Origin: Nymphaea colorata
Lineage: Eukaryota
Assembly: GCF_008831285.2 (NCBI RefSeq)
Contig: NC_045138.2
Coordinates: forward strand, 30,814,001-30,878,000
Length of the DNA: 64,000 bases
Reading direction: 5' to 3'
Translations under genes and position numbers: made by a program
In this document: positions 36,234 to 48,041 of the stretch, one piece after another
Layout of the letters: the number at the start of each line of letters is the position of its first letter
How positions within the stretch are numbered: position 1 is the first letter of the stretch
Notes under the pieces: generated by a model
Seen by the model: only the letters and a program-made list of their open reading frames with translations
Told to the model about the DNA's origin: nothing
Databases searched by the model: none

Positions 36234-36419
36234 CCTGTAATCCTACATGCATTCAATCCATTGCAATAATACGATGAATCAATGCCTCTCAGCTAAAAAA
36301 TTCTGACTCTCGCATTAAAGGTAAGTCATGATTTCAGGAGAGTGGAGTGGATATGAATACATTTATAGGAGCTTTGATGATGCTTCAATTATGAGGTTGT
36401 AGGGCTAACATGAAGCACC

Positions 36420-36799
36420 TAGTGATGTTTCTTAATCAAATATTATTTGATTAAGAAATTGGATGAGGTTCGAACTAAAAAAAAGACATCCAATCAGATC
36501 GGGATATACAAAAATATTTGACTGGATTCTGATCCGAATCTGATTTAGTTTTGAACGAATATCATATATCACCTTTAAATTTTGAAAATAGGCTAGATTC
36601 GGTTCAAAATCCGGATTCAGATTTAGATGTAAACGTAAAAATTGGATTCAGATCAGCTTCAAATTGTGAAATCGAATTTAAGATCGAATTCAGATATGAC
36701 TGTTTTCCGCTCGTATTTGAATCCTAAACATGTCTATATCCAAAAGAACTAATATGGTTAAGAATTATCCTATTCAAATCCAATCCGCTTACATCTCTA
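36420..36799. mobile_element. hAT-type MITE related to 7143-7556
   Basis: Shares aaaaaaagacatccaatcagat, cggattcagat and the 3' end ttcaaatccaatccgcttacatctcta. Confidence 0.6.
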
Positions 36800-38636
36800 A
36801 TCCCACTGCCTGAGCGATACTCACAACTTTAGCTCTAATGAACATAAGAACAGAGTGCCTCTACCAGTTGCACCAGTGACCATCCGCCTACATCTAGTTG
36901 CTAACATATATATATATATAGTCAAAGTGTGTATCACTTTCACCAGAAAACATCTAGTTGCTAAAAAAAATGCAAACCATTGGATTATCTAGCAGCAAAT
37001 CGGCATTAACATAATTCCATCATTAATTACAACTTGGTGTAGTAACTTTATATATATATATAATGTGGCAAATTGAAGTATAAAATCAACCAAAAAATTC
37101 AGCGGGAAACAATCCCCATTGCACGAGGTCAGGCAGGCCGTACGTCGGCATCGGAAATGCCGTCCATGTTACGGTCACTCGCCCACATTATTTAATTTTT
37201 CTTTAGGCTCTATTTTAAATTATTTAAAATAATTTGCTTTAGTCAACAGTATGTTTCAGAATTCCAGTTGTCCGTAGTAGAGTTGTACAGATATTTATAT
37301 TTTTTTTATAAGCAATAATTTAAGCAGTCAAAAATATTTTTTATATTTTTTATCGGTCACTTGGATCTGGCGAGATTCCTTAATAGAAGTGCACTTGCAT
37401 TACTCAACACTTAAAGCTTTGCTCAGCATATAATCTTCGGTCCGGTTCGTTGGCATTTTAGCTGTCAGCATCAAGGTATATGAATTAGATTTCTTCCTTT
37501 TAGTGGTTGGAAAGTGGGAAGAATAATTAGGTATGTCTAACTATTTGTACTACTTAATCTTATTTGTATTAAATTCATGAACTAAGAAACAAACTTGTTA
37601 TACGCTTTAATTAAGTTGATCTTATTTTGTTGGCAATCAAACACCGAACCAACTGTATTAAAATGAAACCTAAAGTTACTTTCTTCTTGTTAAAGGTTAG
37701 ATTTCGAAAATCATCCACAGCATACCCCAATCATATATATGTGAAGGCATCGAAATATGAAATTAGAAAATATGTGAACCTGCCCATGTCGAGTATTGAA
37801 TAGGGCATCTCACTTCTTATTGCAAACGTAAATTTCTAAAGTCAAGTACAACACTCAACAATTAATTTTTTTTTTTTAAAGAGTCTCTCATGGTTCGAGT
37901 ACCACACGTTAACGAGATGTGTTCATTAACATCTACGTAAAACACATACAGTTATTTTGTGTAATAGTCATAGATTATTTAATTAATTTCATGATGGTTC
38001 AGAAGGCGTCAAACGTAAAATTGTTTTAAAAATAAATGTTTATCTACTTTTTAAAAAATATTATAGTACATGCAATGCCCCTATAAACTATCAAGAAGTT
38101 CAGCTATTTCTATGATAATATTTAACTGTAAATAAGAAGAGAATATACTCACTTTTTCCCTTGTATATATATATAACAAGCAAAATCTACTTTCATATAC
38201 ATGTATGTACATATGAATTGTATTTGAGAGGGAGGGAGAGGGAAAGTTGCTCTACAAGATCAAAGTGATGATTTGTGGGGTTTTATTTGTAAAGCATCAA
38301 CTAAGTTAATCTAGTTTTTTCTTGAGGCTGAGATTTGAGAACCCAATGAAAAGTTAAAATTAGTAACTATAGAGAGAGAAAACAAGAGTCAATAAAATGG
38401 AGATGCATGAACAATTGGATGACAAACCATCACCAAGTAGAAAAAAAGATCCATATAAGAAGACAGAAAGAAAGAGGGAAAAGGAAGAAGGGGCGAGGGC
38501 GCTGGCCCCAATATACAAAAACTGGCACACACCCATAACAAGAAGGAGAAAAGGAGAGAAAGGAGCGGAAGCTAAGCGGCAATTAAGCCGCGAGGAAAGG
38601 TGCATATCACTCTACATGTTGAAAAAGGAAGCGGCA

Positions 38637-38808
38637 GAGCCGGTGACGGAGCCATGAAATTTTGACTAAGAGACACTAGTTGTTTAACTTTTAAATTTTG
38701 AGGGTCACTTGTATATAAATAATAAATAATATTTAACAAGTATCAATGTAAACATAAAACAATTTTTGTGGGCTTGTGTGTGCAATGGCCCACACTGCCT
38801 CCGCTACT
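38637..38808. mobile_element. Degenerate MITE (CGGAGCC / GCCTCCGC termini)
   Basis: ggtgacggagccatgaaattttgactaag ... cactgcctccgctactag; a related partial end lies at 18780-18815. Confidence 0.5.
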
Positions 38809-39541
38809 AGGTATAGCAGCCAACATCTTAAAAGACCAGGTCGTTTTATTCAAGTCATGAGGCGCATCTAAGCTAGAGCAGTCAAACAAATAAGAGATGG
38901 ATTGTGACACATTGACCAGGAGGAATTGATGTGGACGCGGGCGCGCGTGTAGGGGGTGGCAAGATTAGCAACAAAGGATACAAAAAAACACACACACATA
39001 CACACACAACAAAAAAAAGATCATCTGAGTAGCCAAGACATCAAAGATGGCATGGAGATGGAAGGAAGCAGACAAGACCCGAAATCAGAGGAGATCGAAA
39101 CTAACAGGCGACAAGAGGCCCGAGAGGGCACAAGAGACAGCTGACCAGTTCCACTAACAATCAAGGAGGTGGAGAGGGCAAGAGACGAAGAGGCAGGCGC
39201 GTCAACCTTGTATAGGAGCCAAGCTAATCTTTTCTGTATCGTTCCAATTTTATCGGATGTCTCTACGATGCCAGAGGCCGGGGATAGACATGTAAGGTCA
39301 AAGGTGAATTAATTTTTGAGCAACTTTGTCTAAAAAAAATATATGTGAACAATATCAAAGCATGCCTAGTGGAGCCTTTTCTTAATGGTATCTCTGCGGT
39401 CTGAGTAACACACAGACGAAGCTTTTCACATCCATCCATCGCCTCGACTGTAGTCGGGCCCGCCGGGTGCTGCAAGCGACGGATACTTAATTATTTATGA
39501 AAGAAGCAAAATAAAAATCTTCTACGCAGCATTCATTGAGT

Positions 39542-39860
39542 AAGGGATGTCAACGAGCGGATCCGGATCCGATGTCTGACAGAATCCCACACTGGCTTGT
39601 GTTGCTTTAATGACGCTATCCGGGTCGAATCAATATCCGTCCTTGAGATCCGCAAACTCAAATCAAATCGGGCAAAATATCCGAAGGCCGCTCTTTCATG
39701 GCAATTGGGTTTGGACCCGTTCCAAGCCGGAAATGGATCTATAAACGATCGGGTAAATCCAGCTTAATTGGATAACGAACTCATACCAGCCCATGGTACC
39801 CGATCCGGCAAGTTGGTGCAGCCAAAAAATGCGGAAGACTCGTATCCGATCCGATCCATT
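39542..39860. mobile_element. GC-rich MITE remnant with ATCCG repeats
   Basis: Begins agggatgtcaacgagcggatccggatccg, like the 7143 family terminus. Confidence 0.5.
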
Positions 39861-41695
39861 CAGAGGCTTCCAAAGTGAAGTGGGTCCTGGGTCCCAGCTC
39901 CATCTGGTTTGCACTAGATGGACCCAGCGCCTTCGACAAAGCAGACTTAGGTAGTTGGCTATATGAACAGGAATTTATATCCAGGCCTAATGATGATCCT
40001 TTCAAACTTTAGTTGTTCCTCTTTTTGTATGTACACAATGACAACTCGATTTCCATCGACATCTCTAACAGACTGGACTTTATCCTTTCAACTTGAAAGA
40101 CCTCAATTTTTTAATTTATGTAAGCAGGCACCGGGATGTTGTTAAAAAGCATTTACTACACCAACATCAGCAACAGTGTATGATCACATAAACACTCAAC
40201 AGGGCTTTTAGCAGGGGTTAATGGTATATTATATGTATTTTTAAATTTTAGCCATATGATAACATCTCACATCTATCAATTCCAATTCAAATATATGTAT
40301 TACTTGGTGAACTATTCTCTCGCCCAATAATCCTTACATGCGTTGCTATTGACAAGGCGTTAATTACTGAAATTTGCACAAACAACAGGCCACTTAACAA
40401 GGGCGTTAAGTGTCTGAAGTAGGAAGCTAGTTTCATATTTGTTACCTATGATAAAATAGTGAAAGTCTGATTGTCAGTTTTATTTTTGTAGATACTATTC
40501 TTTTATACTGTTCTGCTTTTTGCCAAGATCTCGAAGTAGTTTTGACTTCTTCATTCTTTTTTATTTTTTTTAAAAGGTGAGTGGTTCATTCTACCGCCCT
40601 AAAGAAAAGCCACTCGTCCCCTTGTGTTTGTTTTCTTGGATTCACAGATCATGCTTCGAGACTTTTAACGGTTTAAAAGTAGAGCACACTAAGACGTGAC
40701 AGTAATCATTCCAAGATTCAAACATGAGTTCTTAGAGGAATCAGACTACACGCTACTATCCATAGAGATATTTCGAATGGACTATATAAAATAAGAATGA
40801 GATATGAATATCAAACTGCATGGTTATTTTGGTAGGCTAGTGTAATTTATGGGACTGGGTCCCAGGCGGGCCAATTTGCCTGCGAATCTGGTTCCCGGCG
40901 GGGCTGGTCCCCTACCCGTCCGCACAACCTGTCTCTGGCGGAGTGGGGCTCTGCCCAGTTCAGCACCTCCAGCTGGATCTCGCTCCTTCCAAATCCGAAC
41001 GGGTCCAACTCCCCCTGCAAGACGGCTTCACGCATCACAGCCGTCCGTCCCACCCGGCAGAAGTCTTCTCAACCGTCGATGGGGAGCTCGGCGCGGGAGG
41101 GAGGCCCCGCCCCCACACTGGTAGCTCAGGGAGCGCTGGGCCCCGCACCTCGACGGGCCCCACCTCGTCCGTTCTTCGGAGTGCGAGGAGACCGACCACG
41201 ATCGCTCTCTTTAACGGTCTTGCCACGCTACCCTTGAAAACCGTTCCCTCTTCATTTTTTTTTCTTTTTCCATTTAAAAGAAAAAAATTAATTAATTAAA
41301 GGATTTTAACTTTTTAATAAATTAATTTAGTTTATTCAATAAAAAGGCTTTTAGCTCGGCCTTTGAGAAAAATCAGAGGAAAAATTCAACTTTCAGGTGA
41401 AAAGGCGACAAAAAAAAAAATTAATTACAAAATTATGCTTTTCATAAATTTTAAATGTGGGAAAATAACGTGGCTGGCAGTTAACGTAATTTCGAGGTAC
41501 ATAAAACGGCAACTCTATGAAGTCAGAGGTCTCGTTCTCTCTGTCTCTCTTTTTCTCTCTCTCTCTCTCTCTTTGCTTCTGTGTGTGCGTGACTTGTTTC
41601 GCTGTCGTTGAGAAAGGAGGAGGGAAGCCGGAAAAGGAGAGGCCGTAGGTTCCGGGGAGAAACGCTGTTTTGCTGGTTTCGGAAAGGGGCGGAAA

Positions 41696-41725
41696 ATGGA
41701 AGCGCCACCTCCGGAGATCAGATGA
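41696..41725 (+). promoter_or_regulatory. Short upstream ORF (MEAPPPEIR*) in the hydrolase 5' leader
   Basis: aaaATGG context, 9 codons then TGA; it lies 147 nt upstream of, and in frame with, the main ATG at 41843. Confidence 0.5.
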
Positions 41726-41842
41726 CCATCCGCCGTGGTGGTCTTCTCCGTTGTCATCGCCGCCGTCGTCGTTGTGTTCCTCTTCGTCGTCTCGTCCGAT
41801 CGTTCGGCGCCGGAAAGGCGCAGGTCTTGCGGTTTCCCGGCG

Positions 41843-43573
41843 ATGGCTTCAGGGAAGGGACTGGTGGAGAGGCTGCGTCGGGTTCTCCGGACGGCTTTCT
41901 TCATGGTGACCATGGTGGCGTCGCTCCTACTCTTCTCCGCCACGGTCGTTGTCGCGGTCGCCGACGTCGTCGTCCCCTCCTCGCTGCTCCCGGTGTTCTC
42001 CGGCAGAAATCTGAGGCCTCAGTTCGCTCGTTACGGGTTTCGACACTCCCTCATCGACGTCCCTCTTATTTCCGTCGTCAGATCCCTCATCATCACGTGT
42101 AAGCTCCATCGCTGCCTCGTACGGTTATGGTTCTCTCCTCAGTCCTCTGGATCTCTTTCCGCAAGAAATTAGGGTTAGGTCGAGTTTTTTCCTTCCATAC
42201 TTTTGGTTTGCCGACGGATGTGCTGGAAAAAATGAAAATTTGCCTCTTTCTTGTTTTTGCTCTGCTTCTGTTCTGCAGCTGTCTATTCGTTATGTGATTC
42301 TCCGTGCCTCTCCCATGGTCCTTACCTCGGCACGGTAACGTTTTGCTCCTTGTCCTCCATCCTTATCCTTTCGGTGAAGGCATGCCTCTTCCGGGGGATT
42401 CCAGAAGAAGACCCTGGCAGTATCTCGATGGCGTCCTCGGTGCAGAGGAAGCTTCACTTGAAACAGTCGTGGGGGATGCCCATCCTTTTCATGTCTTCGC
42501 TGGTTTTCGCTCTCGGACACGTCGTCGTTGCGTATCGAGCCAGTTGCAGGGCACGTAAGAAGCTGCTTTTCCATCGGGGCGATCAGGAATCGGTAAAATT
42601 TCTGGTTCTCTTAGTATTGTTATTTCTGTTTCTTTCGGAGCGCCTTGTTCCCTTTATTTTAGGTGCTTTGGTTCAGGCTTCATCTGTTTCGAGATCTTAC
42701 TTTTGTGGCTTTGTTCTGCTTCAAAAAAGTACTACTTTTTACATTTCCTATGAACTTTTCTTTTATTTTAAATGTGGTTGTCGTTTGTTTTCTTTTAATC
42801 ATACTTGGATCGTGTCGTCCAGCATGTATGAAATACCCTCTACAATGTGCTATGCTAAGATATGTAATTCCTACTGGAAAGGAACGAGTTGGTATGCTCA
42901 GAAAGTCATCATGATGAGCAGAGGAAGAAGTATGAATTTTATTTTTAGCATGTCTTTCTATAAACACAGGCTATAATTGCATTCTTTCTTAAAAATTTGA
43001 ACCTTTGTACAAAATTTACCAATCAATACCTGGTAAATCAACCAACTGTTTATTCATTATGTATTTATGTGTAATAGCTGGGTTCATTGAAGAAGTGCTT
43101 TATTCTCTACTAGAATGGTGTCCTCTCCTTGTACAGATACTTTCTATAACGTAGTACGCTAAGATATGCAATCCATGTTTGACAAGAATCAGTTGGTGTG
43201 ATTGGAAAATGAAAAATCTTTACGATTAGCAAATGAAGATTGATCTTTTATTTAGCTCGACCTTTGAAATGGCAATTTTCTTGCAGTCTGTTAGGAATTG
43301 GAGCCTATGTACAAATTTAACAACCAATATCTGGAAAGTTAACTATCTTCATTCATTTATGTGCCTGGTTTATTAAATCTTTCACTGGGAAACACTTTTG
43401 TTTGTTGATCTCCAACTAGTAGTTCCTATTCTCATCAAGTCTCAAGCCACTTTGAAGATTCTGGTCGTCACAGTTAGCTCAAGAACCTTTTTTGTCTATT
43501 TGCTAGCCCAGCATACTCGGGCTTCCCTTTTCTTTTTTCAAACAGGGAAATTAACGTGTCATATTGAAAATTA

Positions 43574-43618
<45 letters not shown>

Positions 43619-46449
43619 CTCTTGTTTTGTTTACCTTCTCATATTTTAGTTATTGGGTTGGTTATTTAAGATAATCTAATACATTTTCAAATGCAAAGTA
43701 AGCAGTGAACATGCAAGCTTATCTACTTGTGCTTTTTGCATCAACCCTGCAGGTTTTTGGGTTTCCTGGGTATCTTAAGGTCCCGCGATCACCAACACCT
43801 ACCAGTGGTAAGGGTTGTAGAAGTGATTGTGAAGGCAGGAGAAGACCTGCAACGGCAACAGCAGCTGTGGCAGCCCGTGAAGAAGGTTACTTGCCAATCA
43901 GGTTACTTTCTGATGTGGACAGCTTGTTCATGACATATCAAGGTATTCTGCTTCATTACAAGCTAAATCATCCTGACTCTCCAGTTTCCCAATCCCTGGC
44001 GTGTTCTGCATTTTTGGAAGATAACCCACTTGTAAGCTCACCGCGGGGCATGCCCAGCAGGCTCAAGCTGGATAGACCACTATTGTCTGTTCCATCCAAA
44101 AGCTTGCATCTACATAGGAGTTTCAGTAATCCATTTGATGATGACTCATTATACGCCCCTTTATTGACTGGATCAACTGGTGGTAGTATTTTACCTGATG
44201 AGATCCCTGCCCTAAAATTGGACGATCATGACAAAGAACAGACCTTTTCAAGTCATAATAATAAAGAAAACCTTGCGGGATTGGAGAATGGTCCCTGTGG
44301 TATTGTTTTGATTCATGGATTTGGAGGAGGTGTGTTCTCATGGAGGCATGTGATGGGACCTCTAGCACGACAGACAAGGTGTACAGTGTCTGCATTTGAT
44401 CGACCAGGTTGGGGCCTGACTTCTCGCCCTAGGAGGTCCGAGTGGGAGGCCAAACAGTTGCCAAATCCATATCACCTTGACTCACAGGTTCTACTGCTTA
44501 ACAAACCATATAGTTGTTTTCCTGATGCTTGAAACTTCATGCTTATGCTTACATTCAAGTGCTTGGAACTCTTCTAGCTTCCTGTTCAACCTCTATAGTG
44601 ACACACGTTTTGCTTGCTTGCATATGAATGACACATTTTTTTAGAAAAAAGGAATATATATCAGTGAAAATTTTCTCTGCAAAACATGGAGTTGGAGCAT
44701 GAGGTGATTGATGCTCTTGACCTGTGAAAAATTAAACGCTACAAAAGAATTTGTTTTACGTTAGCTTTTCTAGGTTACAGCCGGCCAAAATTTAAGCTTT
44801 TCTGCTCTCCTTCCTGAAACAGTTTATCACACAAATGAAGTTCTTGTGCCCTTTTAAGTATGGCTAAGTGACAAGAAATAGTTAAGAGTTAGATCTACAC
44901 CTTGTTGCTCTACTATCAGGTGCTTTAATTTTGCTAAACTTTTGACATGTAAGCTTTTCCAGATTCTGTCCTCCTAAGGTTGACTTTTTGATCTATCTAA
45001 ATACTCATTCGTTCTTGCCATTTTGTATGGTATAAATCTAAAACTCTGTTAATGGTGACCCGTGCAGGTTGATTTACTCCTTGATTTTTGTCTTGCAATG
45101 GGTTTCTCTTCAGTAGTTCTTGTTGGTCATGATGATGGAGGACTTATTGCTTTAAAGGCTGCTCAAAAAGTGCAGTCGACTAGCAAGTTCATGCAGGTGA
45201 TGTGTTGGAAAAACTAATATGGTCTTATTGACTTAAATTTGTCCGCAGATTCTTTTAGTTTTTAGTTGTAGAGGATCTTGGTATACCTTCTGTTTGAAAA
45301 TTGTTGGTTTAGTTGAGTTGATGATTGTTTTACAATTTGTTTTCAGTCACATATCAAGTTCATGCAGGTGATTTGATGACAACGCTAACATGCCATACTT
45401 ATGTGACCCAAGTTGGGGAATAAAATTTTAATATATATTTTTAGTTTTACTTGTAGATGTTCTTGGTAGACCATGCAACAAAAAAAAATGCTTGGTTTAC
45501 TACAGTTGATGGTGGCTTTGCCATTGATTCTGGCTTTTATTTTGCGTTTCCTGCGTCCCCCTTTCCCTTAGAACTATTGTTATCTTTACAATATATATTT
45601 TGTATGAGTAAGCTAACTTCTGTTCATCATTTTTTTCTCAGCCTGTTTCCGTCTTTTCATTCAGTTATATTGGTTTTGCATTTCAGGTGGATATCAGAGG
45701 GGTAGTTCTTCTTAATGTGAACCTGTCAAGAGAAGTTATTCCGGGATTTGCTCGGATTCTCCTGCATACATCATTAGGGAAGAAACACATGGTTCGCCCT
45801 CTACTGCGCACTGAAATTACCCAAGTAGTTAATCGCCGAGCCTGGTATGACTCAAAGAAGCTAACTCCTGAAGTCATGAGCCTGTACAAGGTAGGTTGCA
45901 AGCCTAATTGCAAGAAGTTCTTTGAATTGCGTCTATCATGTGTTAAGACATCTTATTATAGAATTATTGGAATTCTTGTGGGTATGGCTTCTTTTTCGAG
46001 TTGCAAATGGTTTGGATATGCTATTCAGCTGATCTGAATGTGACTCTATTCAGGTTGTCCTTGTCTAATCATTTTGCAACACTATTATCTTACAGAATTC
46101 CTTTATCGAAATTTAAAATTCATGAGATGTTTGTTCATTAGGTTATCATGCAGATTTTTTTGTTAATTTATTAAATTGATTTTGATAAAATTTGGAACCA
46201 GGCACCATTATGTGTGGAGGGTTGGGATGAAGCACTTCAAGAAATTGGAAAATTGTCATTTGCGAGTGTCCTTTCTCCTCAGAATGCATCACTTCTCTTG
46301 GAAGCAGTTGGGGACCTGCCAGTCTTGGTAGTTGCAGGTGCTGAAGATGCACTTGTTTCACTCAAGACATCCCAGGCCCTTTCTTTAAAGCTCCTAAATT
46401 CTGTAAGTCCTATCAATCTCCTCTAGTTTACTGTTAGATATACATGACT

Positions 46450-46514
<65 letters not shown>

Positions 46515-46598
46515 TCATTGTGTGTGCTCGTGCATGTGTATAAATAAATTCTGTAAGTCCTATCAATCTCCTCTAGTTTACTGTTAGATATACGTGAC

Positions 46599-46650
<52 letters not shown>

Positions 46651-48041
46651 GTGTGTGTGTGTGTATGTGTGCATGTGTATAAATAAATAATGGGAAATGA
46701 ATTAAACCAGTCTCATTTTAGGAGTATATTTTCAAGTCTCCTGTCCTCCTTAAGATACCGATCTTAGGTTGGGATGATGAGTGTGGAGACGAGAAAAGGA
46801 GAAAGAGGGAGAGTGAAAAAATAGGTGAGAGATGGTTGTGGAGAGAAGAAAAGAAACAAGACAGGAGGAAGAGGAAAAATATTTGTGTGTGTGAATCAAT
46901 GATACATACATAGATTCCCTCTCACACTTACGTACATAGCCTCTTACACCACAGACTCATATTGCAGAAACCTCATGTTTCAAACATCCAAAGCAGTGGT
47001 TTTGTCAAGGGAAAGATAAACCTTTTGGTGGAACTTGTGTCGACAGGCTTTAGCCATCTCAATCCAAGGCAAGCTTGATTTATAACTGTAGAAATCAAAT
47101 GCTTAGAATTTGTGGTGAATTATATTTATAACCATTCTCAGAAATATTTCTCTTGGGTATTTATAGGCAAAGTTTTCTTGAAAGTCTTTCTTTATTTTAT
47201 TTTTCAAATTTTTTTTTCTCATGCAAATCTTGGAATTCAAAAATAAAATTCTAAGAATTACAAAAGGAATTATTAAATAATGATTTTTCTGCTTAAATTC
47301 TTATAAAAATGTCGATTAATGAAAAAAATACAAGTAAAGTACACGTGCAAAGGAGCTTTTTGTAAATGTATTCACAACAGTATCTGTTATTTTTTTTTGG
47401 CGAGAAATATAATGTTTTCAGACAAAAGCATCTTCATTTTGGGCAATGGTATTACAAGTTTTTTTAATACATTGATGACAGTTGTGATGATGGTTACAAC
47501 CGGCACCAACATGGACATTAGACGCACATACACGTGAATAGATGTTTATTAGAAGTTGATAGCAAATATTTCAGACCTGTTTCAATGTGTTACAAGTGAA
47601 GGACATGAGGACCTGTCAGACCCTCCTGCAAATACTAACACTGATACATTGTACCCCGTGTTTCTGTTACCCCATTTACATAAATTTTTATATGTTCTCT
47701 GCTTCATGATTGAGGCTCGATTGAGTCGATTCTCTCTTTCGGATTTATTATATTTTTGCGTGGAAGCTGGCTTTTTCTTTAGCTTGTAAGACTTTTGCTG
47801 GAGTGTTAAGAAACTATTAAATCCTCCATGGGAACTATGCATAATGTGATCAATCCAACTTATTTAGCACTCTTTTATTCTTCCCTTAACCAGTTCTCAT
47901 TGTTCTTATCTCTGACAGAGGCTTGTTGCAATTTCTGGATGTGGCCATCTTCCTCACGAGGAATGCCCAAAGGCACTGTTGGCAGCTCTTTCTCCCTTCA
48001 TATCGAGGCTGCTCGCAGATCATTGTGAAGGCGTTCAATGA
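41843..48041 (+). CDS. Membrane-anchored alpha/beta-fold hydrolase (At1g80280/At1g15490-like), 653 aa
   Basis: Exons 41843-42098, 42279-42592, 43753-44487, 45068-45196, 45687-45890, 46202-46402 and 47919-48041 sum to 1962 nt in frame with GT-AG boundaries. Motifs: LIHGFGGGVFSWRH, FDRPGWGLT, nucleophile elbow VGHDDGG, AGAEDALV, GCGHLPHEECP; hydrophobic N-terminal segments. Confidence 0.94.
46395..46690 (+). repeat. About 150-bp tandem duplication including the hydrolase exon-6 donor and (CT)n(AT)n microsatellites
   Basis: taaattctgtaagtcctatcaatctcctctagtttactgttagatatac occurs at 46395 and 46545. Confidence 0.92.
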
